From Anthoceros angustus (lineage: Eukaryota; Plantae; Anthocerotophyta): 53,881 nucleotides of DNA. The position numbers and the translations under genes were made by a program. Below the pieces are notes generated by a model. That model worked only from the letters and a program-made list of their open reading frames with translations, was not told where the DNA came from and made no database searches. Below are positions 23,800-37,084 of the stretch, piece after piece (position 1 is the first letter of the stretch; each line of letters opens with the position of its first letter). The DNA lies in assembly GCA_010909165.1 (NCBI GenBank), contig MU008180.1, positions 1-53,881 of the forward strand. The letters run 5' to 3'.

Positions 23800-25800
23800 G
23801 TCGCTTAGCCTCCTCCGAGTCTTCTCGGGACTATGGTATGCCCCTCGGCCCCTCGGTGGTAGGTCTTCCTTTGTGGTAGGAGGTTCCATTCCTCCTACGT
23901 TCGTCTGTGGGTTCCTCCCCTCTTGTCCTCTTCTTGGTAGGCGGTTCGTCTCCTACCATGGTTTCGATCTCGCTATGGGGTTCCTTCCCTCACGGCTGGT
24001 TTCGTCGGAGGGTACCCTTCCTTCAGGTCACCTCCTCCTCCTCATCAGTTCCTACACAGTAGGAACTTTGGTAAATACCATCCTACCATCAATCTCTTCC
24101 TCCCGGATGGCTCCACCGTCTCGGGAGGTCTTCGCCGTGGGTGCTTCTTGACTCGCTTGTTCGGCTATGTCCCGGCCTGACTGCCTTTCCTTGTACCAAC
24201 TCAAAGTTTGACCTCCTGCCATTCCCGGTGTCGAGCGGTGAGGTCTTTCTTCGTCTTCCTCAGCATGGCGTTCCTCAATCGCTTCTAGGAGGTTGTTGTA
24301 ATAGGTCGCCACCCTACCACTCTCCTTCTTTTGTCGTCCATGATGCGGACCCTTAGTGGGATGGCCTTTTCGTCCCACCGGCTGATTTGTCACTCCTACC
24401 AATGCGGCCTCTTTCTCCACTACTCCTCCAACTCCGGGGCAAGTCTCCCAATCTCCTTATCTTTCTCCATGGCTTCCATCGCCATGCTTTACTATGGCGC
24501 AGCCGCCCGCCTCCCCTCGAATGACCAAGACCTCCAAAGATCGTTGGGCCATTAAAACTTCCTTCCAGCCCTTGCCTCCGCCCTCATAGGCGTGGGTAAG
24601 GTCGTTCCTTGCTGTTGCCCAAAAGTTCTCTGTAATACGAAGCTCCTCTTTGTGACCCTTGGTCACATTGTCCCATCCTTGTCGCTCTTTCTCCAAGTCC
24701 GATTTTCCCTTGTAATGCTCCTTCCGTTGCTCCATGGCAACTAACTTCTTTCGAGGAGGTCCTTCTGCCTTCAAGGTCCTGGCCTCTAGCTGCAGATGCC
24801 CTTCTCGCGGCTCGATGCCTCCTACCCTTGCTAGGTAGCTTCCAACTTTTCTTCGCCTCCTTCCCGCCAACTCCTCAGCCCTCTTGGCTGATTTTGCCTC
24901 CTGCCTTAAGACCTGGTCAATCATTTCCCACACATTCACCAACTTGGGTCATCCATGCCGCTCTTTGGCCGATCTAGCACGGAGTGTTGCTGAGGTGGTT
25001 TTGAGCTCCTCTCAATCTCTTCCTGGCCTCCAGCCTTTTTCAGAGGTCTCAAGTTCAAGAAACGGCCACCTCCCCGACACCCCACTAGGGCGTCCATAGA
25101 TCCTGCGCCCACTTCCCTCAGCTCAGCAACTACCCTTTGTAGGATGCCGGCTGTTCTCAAAACACTTCCTACTGCTCCTCCTGTTGGTGCGTAGGTCACC
25201 AACGCTCCTCGGCGTTCTTCCCTGTCACCTGCCTCCATCAGGCTAACAAGTCCTGTTACGACCTCTTTGGTAGGAGGTGAAGCTCCTACCGTAGGTCCGC
25301 CATCCTCCCTGGGTCCTACCGTAGGGGGTTCACTCCCTACTACCGGTGTTGTTGGTTTACCAATCCTTAATCCTCTGGTAGGTGGTCTCGTATCTTTTCC
25401 TCCTTCCACCGTAGGAGGTACTTCGATGGCCCCTTTCCCTTTTTCTTGTTGGGTTCCTGATCCTGAAGCCTCATGCTGATTCGGGGGTGGTGGTGGTCTC
25501 TTACCCCGGGGCCTCTGCCCTGTTTCTTCATCCTGGGGCCAGCGATGGCTCCCCTTCCACTACCCTCACCAGAGTAGCTTCTATCTTGGCTTCTTCCAGC
25601 TCGTTAGTGTGAACGAAAAGTTTGGGTAAATCGTTTAAGTGAGTTGTTTTTGAACAGTCCGAATGCTTTTGATAGAAATGGTTTGGTGGAAACATGCGAG
25701 AAATGTTTTTGTTCGATTGAAGCCGGAGTGTAGGATGTCGGGAAGGCAGAGGATACTTAGGGAAAAGCGGATCGAAATGACCTTCTAGTGAGGAGGGTAG
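23800..25800 (-). pseudogene. Decayed extra-ORF-like coding region with charged coiled-coil C-terminus
   Basis: Consecutive - strand ORFs 25528-26103, 24936-25409, 24457-24942, 24052-24420; E/K/R-rich; VATYYNNLLEAIEE resembles family A FAYYHAELLKALE. Confidence 0.5.
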
Positions 25801-25834
25801 GAGACATATGTGAACGGTAGAGATCCCTAGGAGG

Positions 25835-25981
25835 TATCCTACCACCAGAGAGAAACTCCTACCACGGTAGGCTAAGTGGAGAACTCCTACCACCGTAGGT
25901 ATGGGTAGGAGAATGTCCCACCACCGTAGGTAAGCGCTAGCTTTTTGATGACCCACAGGAGTAGCTCCTACCACGGTAGGA
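25835..25981. repeat. Cluster of palindromic CCTAC-N4-GTAGG motifs
   Basis: Exact copies at 25858, 25886, 25967, near copies at 25838 and 25918. Confidence 0.9.
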
Positions 25982-26099
25982 AAGGGTGAAGTAAGCCAAG
26001 GAAGTAGCTTGAGGTTGCCGCACAAGCTTGATAGGCTTGCAGGCAAAGGCCTGATTATTGGGGACCACCACCAAGTTTGAGGGAAGGCAAAGTAATTTG

Positions 26100-28320
26100 C
26101 CACATGTGTGGAAGAAGTGAGACATGGGCGTGCTCATATTGCTGAGATTTTGCAAGAAGGAGGACTGCTAGGTAGAGATGTGTGGCAAGGGTTCAGGAAG
26201 ATGGGCCAAGTGCCCGTAATGGTGGAATTGTGCAGATCCGCTGGCTCTAGGTTGGGAGCTCAAGATGCGAGAGAGGAGCAAGAATCGGTGCAAGGATGGG
26301 AGCGAGGAGCTCATGTTCGTGGTGAGCAGCCACAAGGGTTGCAAGAGGAGGCCATGGCGGTGCCGAGGCACATGGAAGTGCTCTTAATGGAGTCACGATG
26401 GGAGGATGGCATGATAGGGCCGTGTGTTGAACTAGGAAAGGCCATGGTAGAGCACTCACGGCAGCTGAATTTGTAGATGGGCTGCAAGATGGAGGTGTGG
26501 CCAAACCATAGAAGGCGCTGCGTGGGCCGCAACATGGTGAAGGGATCACAACGGGTGCATCATGATGGCGGAATTTGCGGCTGCAAGTCAAAGTGAAGGG
26601 AGGCTTGTGGCCGCGAGGAGAAATGGGTAGCAAGGAGGGTTGATACGAGATGTTGTTGAGGTGAGGAGTTCACCGGGAATAACTCCGCTTTATTCGTTGA
26701 GTGTTGTGTAGCCAATTGGTGTGTTGGATAGTGAAGTGTAAGAACTCCAGTGGTCCCTAGGGGTGGATCAAGATCGAGATGGGGGCCTTTTGTGTGAGGT
26801 GTTATATTTGCAGTCACATGAGAGCTAATTGGGAGAGTGTTTGGGTGGTGCACCCTACGGGAGTAGGTGTAGGTGGCTGACGTAGGGCATGGCACTACCG
26901 TAGGGAGGAGGTGCACCACGCGGAGTGTGGGGCGATAGGCCCTACGAGAATGGAGAAGGTGTAGGTGGTAGTGACGAGGGCATGGCACTCCCCACGTAGG
27001 GAGGAGGTGCACCCACGCGAGTGTGTAGGCAGGGTCCCCACGAGAAGGAGAAGGTGTAGGGGTAGGATGAGGGCATGTCCCTATGTAGGGTGCAGGTGCA
27101 CCAGGAGGGATGTGTAGGGCGGTGCGTCCACACCTAATGTACCCACCGGGTAGGGAACAAGTAGGTAGGAACAAGTAGGGGATAGAGATGCGGTAGTATG
27201 TAGGGTGACGTGTGTGGTGGCCCTACATGGGATGTAGGTAGTGGGGCTCTACGCATTAGTTAGGTAGGTAGATGGGTAGGATGAGAGTGTCTCCCATAGG
27301 AGTGGTGAGGTCTCCCACGCAGTAAGTGGGGTGCGACACCTACTTGGATACTTGGAAAGCACTTGGATACAGACAAGGTACAAACCTAGGAAGTTGCTAA
27401 AGAGGGCAGATAAAAGGTTGTGGATAAATAGGATATATTAGGAATAAAACATAAATATGTGGTAGTGTAGGGTGGCCATGCAAGCGGGTGTAGGAGTGGC
27501 ACCTAGGAAGCTCAGGAATTGCATGGAAGAGCTTGTGCATGCGGAAAGCTAGAGCAAGGACTTGGTGGAACGCGAGCCCGTGTGTGTGTGCAAGGAGAAG
27601 GAGGTGCGCATAAGGAGTTGTGTGTGAAGGATTTGAAGCACAATCGGAAGAGGGCAAGGCGCTGAATTTTTGTGCCTAGGACCTTGCAAGTGAGGGATTT
27701 GGGCATAAGGAGTTGTAGGCCGTGTGAGGACATCAAGTTTGAGCTAGGTGGGACTGTGGAGTGAAGAGGAAGTAAGTGAAAAGAAGAAGTTGCTCTCTTG
27801 GTGGATTTTGTGGCGAGTGAAGAAATCTCGCAATTGTGTGTAGACACCGAGGTGACAACTAGGTGGAAACGAGCATGGGTGCCCAAGCTTGTCTTGGTGC
27901 GCTTATTTTGAAGGTACAAGATGGTGAAAGCGCACCTAAGAAGGGCAAGTTGGTTGGAGAAGAGGAGATGCTTGAAGGCAGTGGGAGGCTAGGCACTTGG
28001 TGGCATCATATGGCCGGAGCCCAACACATCCGATGTGTATATGGAAGGTCAGAGGATGACTCGGAGGAGGAAGAGGAAGGCATGGAGCAAGATCCGCTCA
28101 CGGGAGACCTTCTTGCAAAGGAGAGTGGAGGCGGTAGGGCCATAAGAGTGACCCTACGTCCGTAGGAGGTGTAGAGGGTGGCCCTACATCCGTAGGATCA
28201 CCAGTGCGAGACGCATCTAGAGGTAATTGAAGGGGTTGGTGGTAGCTTGGAGTGTGGGCTCATTGCTTGGGGAGACTTTCTTTAGAGGAGGACAGTATTA
28301 ATGCTTGTCAACCCAAAGAG
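26100..28320 (-). mobile_element. Family C segment, inverted relative to 9.2-10.5 kb, including ~95-bp tandem repeat (26847-27080)
   Basis: GCTCTACCATGGCC..TCCTAGTTCAA and CATGGCCTCCTCTTGCAA shared with 10300-10400; ACACTCCAA.CTACCACC shared with 9260. Confidence 0.7.
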
Positions 28321-28719
28321 GGTGTGTTGACTAGCTAGATAGGAATGTTGACAGAGCCATTAAGGCTCACATAGAAGTTTGCTAGAATAGAATTTTACCC
28401 AAGATGCTTGGATGTCGAACTTAAAGTCCGACAATAGGATACACTAAAATAAGGAGTGAGGCAGGCCAAGAGGGCGCTGTGGGAGGTCAGATGTGAGGAC
28501 CTCCCTAAAAGGAGGGAGCTTGTGAAGTAAAATTATCGTCTCTTGCGCCTCCCAACCGCGAGTCCTTTGCTCCTTGTGAAGGAATTTCGTACCGCAAGCT
28601 AACGAAGGTCCGGTAGAGAGGGAGTTGCGACGGTCGGAGTGCTTGTGGAGAGCTCGCCTGGCGCCCGCAGTTGCTCCCCTTGTGAATGGTTGCCGGAAAT
28701 TGCTTTGCTTTGGGTGTGT

Positions 28720-29603
28720 GGCGATGCCCAAGGAACTCTCGGCTTGAGGGTAGACTACGTGGAAAGACTCGGAGGTTCTCGCCGTCGTGCAAACTCATAG
28801 CAACCGCCCAAGGAAGAACTTGTTGGCTTGTAGGCACCCTGTGCAACAGCTGTAAATAGCTAGGGCTGAGCTTGAAGTAAGGTTAGATTAGGAGGATGAG
28901 GAGTTGAGTTGAGGTGAGTGTTGAGGAGAATGTGGAGTGAATGTTGAGTAGAGGAGTAGGTAGAGATTAGGAGTAAGAAGAAGGCCCAAGTCGAGCCTGG
29001 GAGGGTCCCAAATCCGCACCAAACCGAGACCGGAAGCCGGGCTAAGGTCTCAAAATCACGGGGTGGAGAAGTCGCTACGTCCTTTACGCATGAGACGGTG
29101 GACCTACCGCCATAGGGTGGGACCCACGACCGTAGGGATGTCGTTGTAGGTCCAGGAGTGGTGATTCACGAGCAAAGGCGGGAGCGCGTGGCCGCCGAGT
29201 TGGTGGTTGAGGATGTGCCAATTGTGGGAAGGCGATGGGAAAGGAATAGTGGAAGATCACGGGGTGGTGAAGTCGCGTTGCAACGTAGGGGGTCCCTACG
29301 TGCGTAGCCCGCTGACCTACTGCCGTGGGGTGTGGACCTATAGTCGTAGGGTGTCGTTGTAGGTCTGGAAGCGGTGATTGACGGAGCAGCACGGTGAGGC
29401 GTGGCTGCTGTCTGTGGAGTGAGTTGAAGTTGCTCCAGCTGTGTGAGGGAGCTTGGGGGTGTGAAGAGGTGTGTGGTTTGTGCCTTGGATGCTGGTGACC
29501 TGACAAACAAGAGTCTCATGGGACGAAACCTATTGTACTTAGCGGATGGGATAAGTGTGGCCACTAGAGGGTGAATCTCGGAAGCCCCGGGTTTTCCTCC
29601 CAC
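28720..29603 (-). repeat. Family B LTR-like repeat, copy 3, with internal duplication
   Basis: Collinear with 15407-16010; internal duplicated block 29053-29175 / 29254-29388. Confidence 0.8.
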
Positions 29604-32600
29604 GCTTAGTCAGAAGAACCTCCTCCGATATAGGTGTACGAGGAAGGTAGAGATAAACCGATTCTTGCTCCTCCATCACCAAATGGTTTCTGCAAACCGC
29701 CTCTTCATACGTACGGTGGCCAATCTACCAACTTTCCCCGGGACATCTCATACATCATCATTAAATGGGAATTTCCCAAGCATCGCCTTCCTCGCCACGT
29801 TAGTCCTAGCCATATCTTGGCGAATAAATTCCACTTCCGCCTCCTTGAACAAAGAGATCCTCCAGCCATTGCCTTGCGATCCAAACCTTCCTCCTGGTCA
29901 GAGGAACATACTCTCATAACCTCCTCCGGGACTGATTCTTGAGAACTGAATCACGGAATGATCCCTCCTTGTGGGCTTAGGTATCAAACACGATCCTGGA
30001 AATGTCGACCTTTCCACATCCTGTGATGACTGACCGGTGATCCTCGGGGCAGTCCGCCTTGGTCACTCTCATTCAGAAGCACCCCGAACCAAGCGGTCGC
30101 AAAGTGCCACCTGTGCACCAAGTACACCATTCCATCTTCATCTCGGGCAGAAGCGCTCGAACGCCTCAAATCTCGAGGTGAATTTGAGCGCCTACACTGA
30201 ACTCGGAATTGGGTGTTTCTTCCTTTTCCCTAGGCGGTGTGGCCGGTGGAGGTTTTCCTCCCGTGCATGTACTGCCCTATCCTCACTATCTTCACCATCT
30301 CGCACTGTGGGAGCACACAAGGATAGCAAGATTGGAGAGATTGGAGAGTAATCTATCGGACTAAGAGAGTGGCAAAGAAGTGGTGGTTTGGGTGAGACAG
30401 AAGGGGAAAACTTCCGTGTTTCTTCAGCGATGGCCTCAACACAACCACCAAGAGGTGGCCTTGGCCCCTTCAATCTCCCCTCCAGCATTTTCTTCACTCG
30501 CTTTTACGCTGGTAGTCCTCCGCAAGCTCTTCCCTTCCTCTCCAACAATCGCCTCCGCTTGAGGCCTCCACTCGTCGCCTGGACCCCCTCAGGACTCTTC
30601 TCCGAACTTCTCACCGGCACTCACTCAATACCGCGACCTCTTGTTGCTCTTCATCGCTGCCACCTGCCGCCGCGCCCTCCTTGCGCCTCCGATTCGCGTT
30701 CCTTCACCTTGTAATCAAGTCGCCTCGCCACTCTGCCTTCTTCCTTCGAGCGTAAGCTCCTCTTACTCTTCTCGCGCCGCCGCCAGTCACTGAAAACGCC
30801 GGTTCAAACCACGCTAACAGATTTGCAGATATGCAAATCCGCCTTAATTGCGCTCCTCCCGGATGGTCGCCACATGTCCGGTTCAAAACTCCTGCAGCTA
30901 TTTTCTATTTACAACCTAACCAGCCCTATTTGGCATGTATAGCCATGCGAATCTAAATAATTCAAGGCCAAGGAACTTCTTATCCCATATTCCTACTTCG
31001 TGGTCCAAGGAACCTATCATGACTATCTTGTCCGGTGGCGAAACTCATCAGGCATGCGGTAAGGAGGCAAGAAGGTGAGGCGCCAAATTGGGGAGTAATT
31101 TCCTTCCTTGAAGCACTTGGAGAAAAGCCAAGCGCCATGCCTCATTTGGGAAAGGCAAGGGAAGGAGCCGCTTTGCCAAAGCCTCCTCCTCACGAGGAGG
31201 TAAAGGAAAAGAAAGGCGGCAGCGGAGGGTGCGCCAGGAGAATCGAGATGCCCCAATTCACTTGTTTTGGGCAGGCTCAACCCTGATTTGGTCGATTTTG
31301 AAGGCGGAGGAGGAGAACATCCAATTGGGATGGGTGTATGGCCGCGGTGGGCCTACACTAATTTGAAATTGATTGAGGAGTGTTATTAAAGATATGCATA
31401 AAGATATGCCTTCGGGATCATGCAATGTGTGAGAATAGAGCATGTGGAAGAAGTGAGACGCCAAGAAGCAAGGAATCACGAAAGAGAGTGTATTAAAGAG
31501 GAAATAGCACAAGGCTATATACATCAAGTAAAGCGGTTATTGAAACCGCATAACTAAAATGTAGAACTAACTTCTTAACCTAGGCTAGGATACTTAAGGT
31601 ACTAACCGGGTTTTCTATACTCCCACTTAGTTTTAGCATTTTGAAACATAAATGAGGAATCAAAAGTATTCTATGTAAATAGAAACATAATGAATCATCG
31701 GACTCACTAAGCGTGAGCTGTCCTACACCGTCCGGTCCGCTCACTCCTTGCGCTCATCACGCTCCCGCTCAAGGCTCCAATAAGAACGAATGGCCACACT
31801 CGGTCTGAACTCGCGCTCCTAAGTGACCATCTTCATCTTGGGTGTCCTCTGGTGGCGATCCACGGCCTAAGTTGTTGTCTTCACTCCAATCGGTGGTGCG
31901 AGATGTCGGATTCTTAGGCCTCAAGTGTCTTGGATGTGAGAGGCATGGGTTCACAGTCGTCAAATTCTCAAGGCAGTCCACTCTCCACGCAATGTCTTGC
32001 CGGCTCCAACATAGTCTCCTTCAACACGCGGCTCTCCTCGCCTCTGGTGCTCAAAGGCAAAGGCGGCAAGGAGGTGCGAACTTTGACAATAGAGGCAAAA
32101 AGCGGTGTTTGCTGCCTCTTGATTTTCATGCAACACTAAAGGGACCAGTACAAGCTCAAGAAAGCAGGAATGGCATTTGTGGCTATGGACCCAACCAAGG
32201 AGGCTGCTGAACTACTTGAAAGTTCCTCGCCCATAGACTCGAAGATGAAGCTTACATGGAGAGGGGTGGGGGAAGCGCAAGGAGTGTCACAAAGGAAAAG
32301 AGGAAGAAAAAGGTGGAGAAGAAACTAGCCACATGTGACAAACGCTTCTTTGGTCACCTATGGTAGTACACGAACTTTCAGGCCGCTTTTCTATGTTTGT
32401 GCTATCAACGGCCCACCTTACGTTCATGCAAGCACTTCACGAGGAGTTTGCCAAGGCTAATAGGGCTAGAGAGGCCGGCCAAAACTACGAGCAAGGACGG
32501 CAAACTCCACACAAGGATTAGTTAGTGGGCGGTGCCCTTGGACACCTAAAGGTATCAAGCATACACCAGCAGAAGTGTGCTTCTCATGAGTGGGTTTAGA

Positions 32601-35182
32601 GTGCCTTTGTGAGGAGATCGAAACATTGTCTCCGGTTGGCACATATGATCACCTCACCATTTTACGCTTGTCGAATGAAGTGGTGACTAATTTCAATATG
32701 TTTTGCATGGAATACCGGGTTCTTGGTGAGTGCAATCGGCGGTTGTCGCACAGTGGTGTTGGACCCGATCTGTTGTTGTAACCCCTTTAGGAAACTCGGA
32801 TCCGGATGATCTCCTTTGATGCACAGGTCATGGATGCATATTCGCCTCTGTTGAGGAAAGGCGGGCAGTTGGTATCTTCTTGCTTGACCATGACACCTGC
32901 GGGTGCCCAAAAAAATCTGTGCACCACGCCCGTCTAAATGCGGATCTCACCTTGATCGGCATTACAATATCTTTGTGAGTTGACCACCATCAGACTTCCT
33001 AAAAGCAGGCCCTTCCTTACGGTTCCCTTGAGATAGCGAAAAATTCTTCTGTATCGATCCGTAGGTCTGGTTTTCTAAGAATTGGCTTCGCTCCCCTTTG
33101 CCCTAGTAATGTCCATCCCTGGTCCAACAGCGGGTAGATGAGAGAGCCCACGGCTTGCCTATAAGGAGTGCCCATAATGGCTTGCTTTACAGTTGTAGGA
33201 CCTTTATTCAAGGGCAGTTTTCTCCCATCGCCATGGTTGCCTGAGCTTTGCATCAAGCATATTAAAAGCCTCGAGTTGATGGACAAAGTGCTCTTGATGG
33301 ATATCAATGGTGTTGTCGGCCTTGTTGAAATGGGCCCGAACACCCGGGAGAAGGTCAGCTCGCTTCGTCGGTCATCTCAAACTTGGAAAGCGAATCGCCT
33401 TGATCTTAGCCATCATCATGGATGCTAAAGAGGAAGTTGTCATCCACATAAACCGTGAGTATCACAAACTCATCACCGTTCGAGCGTACACACTCGTGTC
33501 GGCATCAAGACAAGTGAATCGAGTTCTATGAGGACTTATGGAATACCTCGTGCCAAGCCCTAGAAGCTTGCTTGAGGCCATATAAGGTTTTAAGCGTTCT
33601 GGACCTTATCCTCATCAATAGTAAAGCCTTGGTGGCACATATAAATATCTTCCTCAAGCAAGCCATTCGACGCTATTTTCACATCCAAGCGATGCACGGA
33701 AGATTGTAATGGGAGGCTATGGCTAAGAGGATTCTCAGCGTAGATTTAACCGGTGCAAAAGTTTCGTTATAATCAAGGCTGTGGATCGCTATAGCCTTTA
33801 GCAACCAAACGTGCTTTGTATCTTCCCTACTGATGCCACGTGTTAGCTTTTTCTTGAAGACCCATTTGCACTCAACGGGTTTTCTACCTTTGGGAAGGTC
33901 AACAAGTTTCAGTTTGGTTTTGATGAGGGTGATATTCGTAATCTATAGCAGCTTTCCAAAAACGGATTAGGTCCTTCTCTGACTTCCTTGTATGTGGTTC
34001 ACCTAAGGAGGCTGAGGCGCTAAGCTGCCGGCATACTAGGATCACGTAAGGAGGAGACTTGGAAAGGAGGTTCTTGCCACTCATGCATAGGTTTTTCTGA
34101 GAGGAACGTCTAAGGGGACGATGTCTTGGATTAGTCTCAACATCTGATGGGGTTCTCGTGTTCGGATGTCGACTCAGAGTGCATCGATTGGTATGTTCGG
34201 TTCGGACTCAACTTGGTTTGAAATACAGATCAGTGAATCATCATCATGGCTCTTGATAGTTGAGTGTTGGACTGAGCAGCTGTGGAATGTTGCCAGTTGC
34301 CCCCTGGTAATCCGAAGAAGGAGGATCGTCGTCATCAAAAAGTGACTTGTCGACGGGGCCGATCGGTGTCCTCAATTCCATGTATGGAAGCTGGTTGAGG
34401 ATCTGCCTGAGGTTGTAAGGTAGCTAGATGGCGACGAAGAAGAGCTGCTTCATTAAAGATCACACTACGAGCAAGAGTGAGTTGTCTCGAAGTAGGATCA
34501 AAGAGCTTATATCCCTTCACCTCATCAGAATATCCAACAAAGACATGTCGTGAGGCTCTCGGATCCAACTTTGAGCGTTGAGGAGGCACCAAGGCATAAG
34601 CTGGGAACCAAAATTGAGGTGTTGAACCCTTGGTTTCTTACCATAGCGTTCAAAAGGAGTGATCTTCCCAAGCTCCTTGGTGGGAAGGCAGTTCTGGACA
34701 TAGTTGGCTGCCATCAAAGCTTCGCCCAATAACCACGGTCACCGGCCAAAGGTGAGGATGCCAAAGTAGCCTCTTGCAAGGTTCTGTTCTTCCTCTCGGA
34801 GAAAGCATTACTTGAGGGTGTGTAGCAGTGAGTTGATCAATCCCTTCTTGTTCGCATAAAAGGAGTTGAATGCATTGCTTGTGTACTCACCCCCATTATG
34901 CATTACTTAAAATCCATTACCTTGCAAGAAGCAGCTAAGCAAATTTGACATATGATTTGAAGCGATGAAAGCCTCACTCTTATGACGAAGGATGTATGTC
35001 ATACGATGTCACTCCACTCATCGATGAAGGTGATGATAGTTGCCTCCACCAAAAGAGCTAGTGGACATGGGACCACAAATATCGCTTTATGTATGGTGTG
35101 GGCGGCGTGTCGTACGCTAAGGTTCTCATCCTTGTATGGCGAGACTATGGGCTTTGCTAAGTTGGCACCTTCACGAGAAGCT

Positions 35183-37084
35183 TGTGAGAATCAAAATCAC
35201 AAACCGCAGTCTTGGTGATTTACCCCAAGTATGAGATTCGTGCAGGGGTGATTTCGTGTCGAGACAACCAAAACATAGCCAATCCAACCAAACACGGACA
35301 CACCAAACATCTAGCGATTCTGAGACCGGGCTACTACCTAACAACACGGACACAGGCTATCTTAGCCACGCGTCTGTTGCTACCTTAGCAGAGCGGACCA
35401 GTTGCTATCTTAGCAACCACCCTCTATTACAGCAGTGGGGTCCACCTTGGGATCAGGTCGGCTATTAATAGAAGGTGGGTCCAGTGGGATCCAAGTGGAT
35501 AAGGCTGATCTCTCTCTCTCTCTCTCTCTTATTCATCCACAAGGTTAGATCCACCAATCGATTCGCTCCCATAACTCTTTTCCCTCACTCTTGCAGCACT
35601 TCTTGAGACTCCCTTGCCTCGTCCTTTCAGCTCACCTTCCAGCTCGGGCAGACCCTTCCAGCTCTCCAGTCCCTTGGGGTGCCTCTCATGACCTCTCCAC
35701 ACTCTCCAAGTTTCCCCAGCTCTCTTCAACTCCTTTGTTCTCACACCTCAGCCCATTCAATCACTTCCCGCTCTGACTCCTCTCCAGCCCTTACAAGGTT
35801 CTCATCCAGACCTTACAGCCCTCACCAACTCTCAAAATACTTGCTCATTCACGCAATCATTCCATCTCATCCACTCACGGATCTTCAACCTCCACTCACG
35901 ACTCTCTTCTTCAACACAAACATCACTCCTGAGACTTCTCGGTCCTTACCCCTCTCAAACAGCCGATCAACTCCCCATATCCATTTTCCACTTCTCTCAT
36001 AGTTCACTTGTCCCTCTCATTTTCCAAACACCAAATCTCCAACACACAATTCAAACACAAGGTGAGTACTAGACTAGCTGAAGGGAATGAGGAAGAGTCT
36101 GGACAGCCTCCCGGCTTCACCCCTTCCTCTTGACCTTGGAAACTCCTCCAAGGAGACCTCAAGGCTCCCTCCTTGCTTTCCACCACCCTTGCGGATCGGC
36201 CACAGATCTAGGCAACAGTGGTCTTCTTAGCTTCCTGACAAAGAGGCAGTGTCTAGACTTACGACCTTGGATCAGTACTCCCCAAACCCCGTGCTCGGCC
36301 CCAAACACCAAGACCTTGAACCAACATTGCTTACATTTCATCAAGAGGGCTGCCTCTTATACCCAAGATCAGCCCACAAAAGTAGCGCTTGCTTGCCAAA
36401 AATATCGATCTTAGCCTACCAATCCTAGAGGCCTATCTCTTAATTCCACTATGAGAGATAAGATTTCTGATCTATCTACATGGGCCTCTAGCTATTTCGT
36501 CCTTACCCTATTATCTCTCTAGGCCTCCTATGTATGCTCTCCTCTTGCTCTCCTCCTCTTGGCTGGTTGGGCAAACTCTCCCATAAAATCTCCACCTCCT
36601 CAGCTGGACTCCTCCTCTCTTGTGCTGCAACATAGCAGTACTCCTCCTCGGTGAGCTCTTGAATCACAGGATGGGTGGTGAGTCTCCTCCATAAGAAGTC
36701 CAACCCGGTAGGATCGATTGCCGTCAAGGCATGGATCAAGTACCTCCATGTTCCCCATTACTTCCCGTTCGGGTATTTCCTGTGATTTCGCCCAAATAGG
36801 TTTCAGAATTTATCGGAAAATAACTCGACTTAGTTGCTACCATAGCAGGCTCCGAGTCGGTTGTTGTCATAGCAGTCACTGTAGCAGCCCTAGCAATGGC
36901 GCGTTAGCCGTCGGCGACCAACCCTCAGGTTACATCCGGGATTAGGACTAGACTCTCTTCCTCCTACTAGGCTCTAGTAGACTTTTCTTATTCCTAACCT
37001 ACTTCACATTCCAACACACGATTCTCTTAAACACAAAACAAAAAACACTCCTTTTAGAAGTGCAGTACCCATGTGGTCACCACA
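35183..37084. mobile_element. 1.9-kb non-coding insertion (solo LTR or non-autonomous element) inside copia 2
   Basis: Starts TGTGAG, ends CCACA; splits the copia gag-pre-integrase HxRLGH motif from the following CxxC/AKAHSLPY segment; flanks AAGCT / AAGGT are an imperfect TSD. Confidence 0.75.
35509..35529. repeat. (TC)10 microsatellite
   Basis: Directly visible. Confidence 0.95.

Noticed and set aside
25835-25981. CRISPR-like array (palindromic repeats with variable spacers), also 8912-9040
   Set aside because: Repeats only 11-16 bp, irregular spacing, no cas genes, eukaryotic retroelement context.
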